Of a stretch of DNA of 64,000 nt, positions 11,585 through 21,645 are shown piece after piece (the stretch's first letter is position 1; the number at the start of each line of letters is the position of its first letter). The notes below the pieces were generated by a model that was not told where the DNA came from, ran no database searches, and saw only the letters and a list, made by a program, of their open reading frames with translations. The DNA lies in contig JBHGNT010000018.1 in NCBI GenBank assembly GCA_043228905.1, positions 2,790,001 to 2,854,000 on the forward strand. The letters run 5' to 3'. This DNA comes from Azolla caroliniana (Eukaryota; Plantae; Polypodiophyta). A program made the translations under genes and the position numbers.

Positions 11585-14500
11585 AGATGTTGTTATTCTT
11601 GTTGGTGCAAGGAGAGAGAGAGAGCGTGGAACTATGTACAGACAGAAAGAGGTCATTGCCTCTGTTGTAACCGCCGCCTGTGGTGAGGATCGTGAGCATG
11701 AGGTCGTTGCCTCCGTGAACTCACTGTTGTACATTCTAACATAGTGATAGTTTGCAGCCTGTGGGCTGCCGTGGTTTTTCCGTTAGTTTGGGTTTTCCAC
11801 GTAAACATCCTGCTTACTCGTCTCTTCTTCGTGTCGTTCATTATTTCCCGTTTTCTGTGTATGATTCTAAGCTCGGTTGTGACCGAGCGTTGCGGATAAG
11901 GAACGTTGGAGTTCCCGATAACTGGTATCAGAGTAGTTTGGCGGCATGTTCAAGCTCACCGGCTCCAACTATTTGGTATGGAAGTCGAAGATGAGGGTCA
12001 TGCTCGTGGTTAAAGACCTCTGGTTGCCAGTTCAGTTCGGGGACAAGAGACCGGACAAAATCAACGCCGCGATATGGTAGGTGATGCACATGAAGACAAC
12101 GGCGTACATACGGTGCTTCATCGTCATGAGCCTATACAATAACTTCAATGAAGAGAGCAAGGCTCATGAGCTCTGGGAGAAGATCGGCATAATGTTTCAG
12201 AACAAAAATGATGTTAATCAGGTTTCGGTATTCCGGAACCTAGTAAGACTCCGATACCAAGATGGCCCTAGCATGGCGGAGCACATGAATGCCTTCCAGG
12301 GGCTGATACACCAGGCAACTTCATTGGAAGTACCTCTCACCGACGAGGTACTAGCGCTACTCCTACTCGGTTCCCTCCCGGATAGCTGGGAGACGTTGGT
12401 TGTCACTTTGGGCAACGCCGGGCCGGAAGGAAAGCGGTTATCCCTAGCAAGAGTAAAGTCGAGCTTGCTAGATGAGGAGGCGCGTCGGAAAGATAAAGAT
12501 ACGAGCTCTGACTCCAAAGCGCTCCTTACCGAATCGGAACGCGGAAGACATAGAAACCGTAGTCCCCAGAACCGGGAGAAGTCGGGGACACGGTCAAAGT
12601 CAAGGGGGAGACCTACTTGCTTCTATTGCGGCAAGCCGGGACACTTCCAAAAGAACTGTCGGCATTTCCAAAAAGACAAGGAAACCGATGGTACCGATTC
12701 GAAGCGGACCCCGGACCATAATGGTAAAGACCGAAGGGGGCCGGACCAGAAGGGAACGACGACAATCACGGCAAGTGAAGAGGAGTTGATGCTGATCACC
12801 GAGGAGAGTGAGATAAACCTTGCCGGCGACAAGATGACCTGGGTGGTAGACTCCGGAGCGTCGTTCCACCTTACCCCGGACCGGAAATGCTTCTCATCCT
12901 ACTCAGCCGGTGATCACGGTTGTGTCCGGATGGGGAATGAAGGTACATGCCGAATTGTAGGCATGGGAGACGTGTGGCTGTCGACACCAACCGGATGCAA
13001 GTTGCTGCTGAAGGATGTCTGACACGTTCCAGAGGTTCGTCTGAACCTGATATCAGCCGGTCGGCTAGATGATGAAGGCTACACTGGTAGCATCCGGAAC
13101 GGTGTCATGAAGTTCAGCAAAGGGAGCCTAATTGTGGCTAGGGCCCGGAAGGTCAACACACTATACCTGATGAATGCCCGGTTATGCCCGGAAGAAGTAA
13201 ACCTGGCATCTGACACTGCCGGTGAGCTGTGGCACAAGAGAGTGTGTCATATGAGCGAGAAGGGGATGAAGAGGCTTGCAGACGACAACCTCATTCCAGT
13301 GAAGAACATGCATTTGGAGAAGTGCACTGATTGTTTGGCCGGTAAGCAAAACCGGACCTCCTTCCGACCAAGGCCACCGATGAGACGTAATGCACCACTA
13401 GAGTTGGTGCATACGGATGTGTGTCAAGTAGACACGAAGTCACATGTCGGAGCGCAGTACTTCGTGACGTTCATAGATGACCACAGCCGGAAATTGTGGG
13501 CCACACCGTTGAAGACGAAGGATCAGGTGTTATCAGTCTTCAAAGAGATCCACGCGAGAGTGGAAAGAGAAACCGGCCGGAAGCTGAAGGCGGTTCGAGC
13601 AGATAACGGAGGAGAATACCGAGGGCAGTTCAAGGAGTACTGCCGCTCGAAGGGAATCCGGCTCGAATTTACCGTGCCGAAGACGCCGGAACTAAACGGA
13701 CTGGCCGAGAGGATGAACCGGACCATAATGGAGAGGGTCCGGAGTATGCTAGTGCATGCAAAACTACCCAAGAAGTTTTGGGCTGAGGCACTGTCGACGG
13801 CGACATATGTGATAAATAGATCACCCTCAGTACCCTTGGACGGAGACACGCCACAGAGATTGTGGACCGGTAAGGAAGTGTCCTACCGGCATCTGAAGGT
13901 GTTCGGGTGTCTCGCGTACGTGCATGTAGCTAAGAACCGGAGAGGAAAGTTAGATCCAAAGACCCAGCCATGCATATTCCTCGGTTACGGCGACGATGAG
14001 TTCGGCTACCGAGTGTGGGACCCGGTCGACAAGAAGGTATTCCAGAGCCAAGATATTATCTTCATGGAGGACAAGACGCTCGCTGACTGGGAGTCGGAGA
14101 AGAAGATAATGAACTCCGAGTCGACCGGTAAGGATAGACTCTACAATGAACAGACCCAACCGGCAAGAGACCGGTTAGCACTCAAGGAGCCAGCCAGTTA
14201 CGGTGAGGATATCGAACCGGCAGAAGAAGAAGTAGAGGAAGCGGAAACCGAAACCGGCCCAGACCTCGAATCAGATTCGGATGAAGAGCAAATGGAGGAG
14301 CCGATTACCGAAGCCCAGAGACGGAAATATCCTCTAAGAGAGAGAAGGGCCCCCCGGAGATTTCCGGATGCAGAGCATGTGCTGCTAACCGATGAGGGGG
14401 AGCCAAAAACAGCTTCGTAGAAGCGAAAGATGACACCCACAGCCGCAAATGGTTAAGTGCCATGCAGGATGAGATGACCTCGGTATATTTGCCCCGGTAG

Positions 14501-16490
14501 TACAGATGACCTCCATCCGGACGGTGCTGAGTATAGCGGCAAGCATGGACCTCGAGGTAGAGCAGCTAGACGTGAAGACGACATTCCTTCATGGCGACCT
14601 CGAAGAGGAGATCTACATGCAGCAACCGGAAGGATCCGTGGAGAAAGGGAAGGACCACCTGGTTTGCCGGTTGAAGAAGAGCCTCTACGGGTTGAAGCAG
14701 GCCCCCCGGCAATGGTACCAGAATTTCGACTCCTTCATGACCGATCAAGGGTACCACAAGATGCAAGCCGATCATTGCGTGTTTGTGAAGAAGTTCGAAG
14801 GAGGCGACTTCCCGATACTCCTTCTGTACATGGACGACATGTTGATCGTCGGTCGGGACCAAGTCAAAATACGAATGCTGAAGAAGGCCCTCAACCAGAC
14901 CTTCTCAATGAAAGACAGATGTTGGGGATGCATATTATCCGGAACCGGTCAGCGAAGCAATTATGGCTGTCACAGGAGAAGTACGTGACAAAGGTGCTTC
15001 ACCGGTTCAACATGTCAGATGCGAAACCGGTCGGATCGACACTTTCGGCAAACTACAGGCTATCCGGTAAGCAAAGCCCGAAGACGAAAGCAGAGAAGGC
15101 GGATATGATGAAGATTCCATATGCCTCTGCCGTCGGGAGCTTGATGTACGCAATGGTGTGTACCCGACCGGATATAGGATACGCAATCGGAGTGGTGAGC
15201 CGGTTTATGAGCAATCCCGGCAAGGAGCACTGGAACGCGGTCAAAAGCAAACTCCGGTATTTGAAGGGCACTTCAAATATGTGTCTCCAATTCGGCTTCG
15301 GAAAACCTCAACTTGACGGTTTCACCTATTCGGACATGTCGGCTGATGTGGATACCAGCCGGTCCACATCCGGGTATGTAATGACATATGCAGGGGGAGC
15401 TGTTTCGTGGCAGTCCAGGCTGCAGAAGACGGTTGCGTTGTCAACCACGGAAGCGGAGTACATGGCGGCTGTGGAAGCCGACAAGGAAATATTATGGATG
15501 AAGGACTTCATCGGAGAGCTCGGTATCCGGCAAGATGAATACCGGCTCTATTGCGACAGTCAAAGTGCCATCCACCTTGCTAAGAATGCGGCCTACCATT
15601 CCCGGACGAAGCATATCCAGCGAAGGTATCACTGGATCCGGGGAAGAGTAGATGACCAGGACTTCGCGCTAACGAAGATCCACACCGCCGAGAACGGGTC
15701 AGATATGTTGACCAAAGTGTTGATACCCGACAAGCTGGATGCATGTTGGAAGAGGATCGGACTGGTAAGACACCCCATGCCGGAGTGAAGGGGGAGTTTG
15801 TTGGGAGACAGGTCCCTCCGGATGTGAAGAGAGAAGAACAGTGCTGATGAACAAACTCGGCCGAGGCCGAAACCAGATGAGGAGTACCCGGCTATGGAGA
15901 GCCGGATGGTGCAAACCCGGTGAGAACCGGATGAGGAGTACCCGGCTACGGAGAGCCGGATGGTGCAGACCCGGTGAGAACCGAATGAGGAGTACCCGGC
16001 TACGGAGAGCCAGATGGTGCAGACCCGGTGAGAAGCGCTCTCTGGATGGAGAGACATATTCATAAATATGTTTCTAAGAGCCCATCGAGGCTATATTTGA
16101 GTCATATTAGTATAAATATGACTTAGGGCAAACTTATTGGAGCAGCATTTAGATGTTGTTGTTATTCTTGTTGGTGCAAGGAGAGAGAGAGAGAGAGCGG
16201 AACTGTGTACAGAGAGAAAGAGGTCGTTGCCTCTGTTGTAACCGCCGCCTGTGGAGAGGATCGTGAGCACGAGGTCGTTGCCTCCGTGAACTCACTGTTG
16301 TACATTCTAACATAGTGATAGTTTGCAGCCTGTGGGCTACCGTGGTTTTTCCGTTAGTTTGGGTTTTCCAGTAAACATCCTGCGTACTCGTCTCTTCTTC
16401 GTGTCGTTCATTATTTCCCGTTTTCTGTGTATGATTCTATGCTCGGTTATGGCCGAGCGTTGCGGATAAGGAACGTTGGAGTTCCCGACA
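11585..16490 (+). mobile_element. Copia family B element B2 (truncated 5' LTR 11585-11920, 3' LTR 15799-16490), defective
   Basis: PBS TGGTATCAGAG just after 11920; gag-PR-INT-RT-RH ORF pieces 12081-15788; PPT GAAGGGGGAG; deletion near 14480. Confidence 0.95.
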
Positions 16491-16600
16491 AAGTTGTCCA
16501 AGACATTTTGGGTTGAGGCGCTCATGACGGTGACGTATGTGATAAACAAATCACCCTCAATGCCCTTGGACTGAGACAAACCATAGAGAGTATGGCCCGC
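16491..16600 (+). mobile_element. Copia integrase fragment flanking B2
   Basis: KLSKTFWVEALMTVTYVINKSPSMPLD. Confidence 0.8.
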
Positions 16601-16602
16601 TA

Positions 16603-16835
16603 TGTGTGGAAATAACACTCGGTCACAACCGAGTCTTCAACAAGGAATAGAAGAGAACAAACTAAAACAAAGATGACATAGGATGTTAACGTGGAAAACC
16701 CTAAATGGGAAAAACCATAGGAGCCCACAGACTCCAATCACTATGAGAGGAGGAATACAATGTGGGACTCAGAGGCAACGACCTCGAGCTCTATGTCTTC
16801 GCCAAACTGGCGATTACAACAGAAAACTAGTTATG

Positions 16836-16932
<97 letters not shown>

Positions 16933-17812
16933 CCTCTCTCTCTCACTCTCTGTATACCACAATATACAACAACATCCCAAAACTACACCATATACTAAAG
17001 TGATTGCCCTAATTCATATTCATACTTAATTGACTTTAGGGCTATTTACAAATATAGCCTCGATGGGCTCACCATGAAACATATTTACACATATGTCCTT
17101 GGATCCAGTTTGCATCAGATCCATCCGGATTAACTCGATCCGGTTTCCGGGTCTCATCCAAAACCCTTCCGGATCTGGTTCCTTCATCTGGCTCGTCTGA
17201 TCCGACTTCTCCAGATGCCATCCGGAGGGACTGAATTCCTAACAAGCTCCCCCTTTCACTCCGGCATGGGATTTCTCGTTAATCTGATCCATTTCCGGCA
17301 CGTGTCCAATTTGTCAACTAACAGCACCTTGGTTAGCATATCCGATCCATTCTCCTTTGTGTGGATCTTTGTCAGCACGAAGTCTTGATCTTCTACTCTC
17401 TCCCAAATCCAGTGATACCTCCGTTGGATGTGCTTCGTCCAGGAATGGTAGGCCGCATTCTTCGCAAGGTGGATGGCACTTTGAATGTAGCAATAGAGCC
17501 AGAATTCCTCCTGCCGGATCCATAGCTCTCCGATGAAGTCCTTCATCCAGATTATCTCCTTGCCGGCTTCCACAGCTGCCATGTACTCTGCTTCCGTTGT
17601 CGACAGTGCAACGGACTTATACAGCCTTGATTGCCATGATACAGCTCTCCCTGCATAAGTCATCACATATCCAGATGTAGACCGACTGGTATCCGCATCA
17701 GCCGACATATCCGAATCCGTGAATCCATCAAGTTGGGGTTTACCGAAGCCGAACCGGAGGCACATACTCGAGGTGCCTTTTAGATACCGGAGTATCCACT
17801 TGACCGTTGTCA
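16603..17812 (-). mobile_element. Copia family C 3' part: RT end and RNase H (17256-17812), PPT, 3' LTR (~16603-17244)
   Basis: VKWILRYLKG...TKHIQRRYHW...NPMPE; PPT GAAAGGGGGAG; LTR shares motifs with families A/D and B. Confidence 0.9.
16838..16950. repeat. Long (CT)n microsatellite inside the family C LTR
   Basis: About 45 uninterrupted CT units; other copia LTRs here carry much shorter (GA)n at the equivalent position. Confidence 0.95.
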
Positions 17813-17815
17813 TGT

Positions 17816-19103
17816 TGTCGCACGTGAGCATAGGAAACTAAGGCGGGACCACGGGGGCCCTGGACCGAGGAGTGTGCGAAGATAGAAGGAAAAGAGAAAG
17901 GAAAGGCGGACGCCGGGTACCAGCAAGCACAACACTTGCCAGTTCAAACAGGGACTCAGCAACACGCCAAAGATAGACAGAGATTATGTTTACGAAGAAT
18001 CGATTACAACCAAACATAGACTCCAACAAGGATTGATACAAAGAGAAACAGAGATCGGTGCTCGGTTCCCAGTCCAACAACACTTCCTCCTCCCAAAACA
18101 TGATACCTTTTAGTCTTTCTCTCGCGCCTTTTATAGGCGGGCGAGGGAGAGTTGTCACATCCAGTTACATCATCTTTATTCTCTCTCCCTTCGGACAGAG
18201 ATACACATCAATGTGCTAACCTATTCAATTTAATTCGCCTAGATCACACCGACCTATCCCTAACTATGTACAAAGTTAATCAATTTAAATGTTGATCCGT
18301 GTAGCACCGATTCACGCGGTTGGACACCCGATTCCTCCCACGGCTGGTTTTCTTCACGACATCCACCCCCACCAAACCGTGCATCCACCGGTATGCACCG
18401 AAAACAGACAGATACCAGGAGAAAACCGGCCCGAGGTCAACCGTCGTTGTCTAAATCATTGTCCGCTCTATTCGGGTCCGGCTCGTCTTAGTGCTGCTTC
18501 ATGAATGCCTTGATGCTCTTCCCTGCCACTGGTACCGCTATCCACGTTCTGTCGAGCTCCATGAGATGGTAGGTGTCGTTGCTATTCACACTCGTTATGG
18601 CGTAGGGCCCGAACCACCTCCTCGCAAACTTACGCGTCGCCTTGTGTTGATTGTCGAGGCTGCTGTCGTAAACTAGGACCCAGCCACCTTCCTAGCGTCC
18701 GATCGAACCGGCTTTAATTCTTCACCCTTGCCTCGTGCAGCTTCTTCGCCTTCGCCTCGTCCACGTCCTCTGGTCTTCGCTCGAGCTGGCGAATCCGAGC
18801 TACCAATAGCTCTTCCCGGCTCATCTCGTCTCTCCAGTCCATCGTTGTCCATGAGGAAATCGTCCGCTCCATCAGCATATCGGCTTTTGCCCGTACATCA
18901 GCTCTTCCGGCATGAACCCGGTTACCGATCTATGTGTAGTTTAGTCCACCCATAACGCGTAAGGTAGGAGTCGCGGCCAGTTCCCGACTTGCCCTTCGTA
19001 CGCCCGTACTAACGCCTTCACGATTGGCCCGTGTCCGCGCTCCACCTTCCCGTTTGCCTCCGGATTGTACACCGTGGTGAGGGAGAGTTTAACCCCTAAC
19101 CGT
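17816..19103 (-). mobile_element. Gypsy 3' fragment: integrase end with GPY/F motif, PPT, 3' LTR 17816-18361
   Basis: NPEANGKVERGHGPIVKAL; RKFARRWFGPY; PPT GGTGGGGGTGGA abuts TGTCGTGAAGAAAACC; LTR ends ...CACGTGCGACA. Confidence 0.85.
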
Positions 19104-20196
19104 TGTCGTGGAGAAAACCGCCCCTAGGAGGAATCAGGGAAATATGCGCATGAATTGGCTCTTACATATGGGCGCGTTATTTAATAACTTGTACATACTT
19201 AGGAGCATTTCGGTTGGTGTGAGGATACTAGGTAGTACGCATTTATTGTTTAGGAAATCGTAGTGTATCTTTGTTTGAAGTGACAGAAATAAAGAGGATG
19301 TAACCAAGGTATAACGGTCTGTCCCCAGGGCCTATAAAAGGGAGGAGAGAAGGCTGAGAGAGGGATCGCGTTTTGGGCAAGGTCGAGGTGTTGTCAGACT
19401 GGGAATCGAGCTCTCTCCTCCACTATCTATCGATCATCATTCTCTGCAGGTTTTGGAGTCAGTTGCCTCTGATTTGAGGAAAACAGTGCGCTCCCAGCAA
19501 AGGCTCCACTGTGTGTGCATGGGCGTGTGATTGTTTGGGTTAGGTTTGTCGTCAGCTATCCGGTTCTAATATTGCAAGCATTGTAATCGTTATTGCTATT
19601 GTTATTGAATCTCCTGTTCTCGTCCATCTGTGTTTCTGGGAGTATCCCTTTTTCCCGCTTGTTCAAGTCGATATACACGTTGGTGGTTCATTCAGCCGGC
19701 AAGTGTTGTCGGTTCCAAGCAGGTCTAACGGGCCTTATGCGTGCACGCTTCTCGCTTCCTCTTATTTCTCTTGCTCCTCGGTTCAGGGCCCCCGTGGTCC
19801 CACCTTATTTCCCACGCGAAAGCAAAACAACACGACATAATTTGGTGAGCCCGACATGAAAAAGGCGGTAGAGGAGTCGAAGATGAGGGGATCGGAGCTC
19901 ACCGAAGCCATGGCGGCAGTAGTCGATCGAATAGTAAGTGCTCGCGAGGGCACGGGCGCCCTCGACAGGGCCGTTGAAGCGATTGTCAGCACAATAGGCC
20001 GGTTCGATGGGAAGGACATCACGAGTTATTTGGAAGCCTACCGAGCCGAAATGGTGATGAGGGACATCCCGGAGGAAATGCGTCTGGCTGGGTTCCCTTG
20101 GGTGGTGACACCAGGCATCCACACAGAGGTGCTCGAGGTGCAAGCTAGATGCCGGACCTGGGGAGAATTCGAAGCGCGGCTCTTCAAAAGGTATGA
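19104..20196 (+). mobile_element. Gypsy 5' fragment: LTR 19104-19837, tRNA-Trp-like PBS 19843-19860, gag start
   Basis: TGTCGTGGAG...CACGACA; TATAAAA box; TGGTGAGCCCGACATGAA; gag IGRFDGKDITSYLEAYRAEM. Confidence 0.85.
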
Positions 20197-20664
20197 TGTC
20201 GTGAAGTTTTCGGCACATAGTTAGAAACCGTGAGATATTGGAGGGATCGGCAAGGTGCAACGTGTGCACCCATCCTTGTAAAAACGTGTGAATAGTAGGA
20301 TTCAAGTTGGGACAGAGAATCTCATGTAAATGGGATTTATCCCACATTATGATGCATTCCTCTCCTTGTTCTATAAAAGGAAGGGATAGTCCCTTGTAGA
20401 GGGGTTGCCCATTTTGAGTTAGAAGGGTATACCACGTAGGTCTAGGGTTTGGTTGTTTCCTTGGTCTTCATCTTATTCTTGTCCCCTTAGGGTTTCTACT
20501 TGGGTCTTCACCCTATTTCATTTGGGGTTTCATCTTGACTTCTTCTTCTTCTTCTTTTGCCCCCTTTGTGGCTGTTTAGGGTTTTGGCCCGGTAAAGAGC
20601 TTGTATGTTCTGTGGGGGTTCACTTCTACTCGGCCTCCTGTTCAAGACCCCGCTTGCCACGACG
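20197..20664 (+). repeat. Probable LTR, solo or truncated
   Basis: Starts TGTCGTGAAG, contains TATAAAAGGA, ends GCCACGACG, like the solo LTR at 47030-48033; no TSD found. Confidence 0.6.
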
Positions 20665-20869
20665 AGCCCGAGAGCTCCCCCGACGGCGGCTTGGCGGCAA
20701 ACTACTGTTGTAATGTAACCTACCTTGGTCTAGCTCGATGCCGAAGTTGTATCTTCCCTTTAATGTATATATATTCGTGTCTGTTTATGCATAATGATGT
20801 ATCTGATGGTGTTGGGTGCATAGCTCCCCTCCTTTGTTTCCTGTGTATAAGAGTCGGTGTAGCGCGCAT

Positions 20870-20905
<36 letters not shown>

Positions 20906-21121
20906 GTCCGGTTGCTTCAAGGACGCGTCGGGAATCATCTTCTCGGCATCCCTTCCTCTCTCGTCCGAGACCCCCGTGGTCCCGCCCCTTCTACACACAC
21001 GTGCGTGAAGGGCGGCAAGGGAGAATGGAGCTGGAGGAAGACGACTTCGCGCAACTTTTTGTCGAAACGGTGAGGGAGTTTGGACAAGCAACAGCAAGAC
21101 GAGAGACGGCACAACAAGCGG
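20665..21121 (+). mobile_element. Partial LTR and gag N-terminus of the gypsy that hosts G1 (gag resumes at 44190)
   Basis: Shared LTR motif CCCCGTGGTCCCGCC; MELEEDDFAQLF...TAQQA joins in frame to VERVVERVGRFNGDKVPFYLEAY once G1 and one TSD copy are removed. Confidence 0.85.
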
Positions 21122-21569
21122 TGTTAATCCTTAGGGTTGGACAATGGCCTAACACAGGGTGTCTCCGGAAGACACTTCACCAAAGGGGTGTTACGGCGAG
21201 ATAACTTAAGACAAAACGATTAATCTGACTTAGTTGGCTACTTAGCAATAAGGCATTCACTTAATACACGCGTAAGATATAACAATTAAGACATAACGAT
21301 AATCAATACATGAAGATAAAACCAGACGCTTATAGTAATTCTCCGTTAAAGTTTTACATTGTAACTGGGCCTTTATATAGGTCACCGGTGTTGTGTACAA
21401 AACGGTGCCAATCGGCACCTGTTCGGAATCGGTCCAGATCCGGATCGGCATACCGATTCCGGTCCGTCCGTTCTCTACATAATTATAATCTACTTTACTT
21501 AATTAAATATATTCCGAATAACCATCCCTTTCACACTTTGGTCTCTGCTCCTTTGTCGGCCGGGTAACA

Positions 21570-21612
21570 CATGGCACGCCCGTGGGACAGTACCTTGTAC
21601 GTTGAATCCCAC
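21570..21612 (-). other. tRNA-3'-end-like motif at the PPT position of G1
   Basis: Element sense GTGGGATTCAACGTACAAGGTACTGTCCCACGGGCGTGCCA-TG, then the 3' LTR; no purine tract. Confidence 0.8.
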
Positions 21613-21645
21613 TATCCGGCCCTTAGCCTTCGTCTAAGATATCTA

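Noticed and set aside
16683-17029. ORFs with poly-(SL)
   Set aside because: Translation of the (CT)n microsatellite.
21570-21590. Reading TGGCACGCCC as the normal PBS of a separate plus-strand element starting at 21122
   Set aside because: TSD AGCGG ties both LTRs to one insertion, and the adjacent sequence is the end of the minus-strand extra ORF of G1, not a gag.
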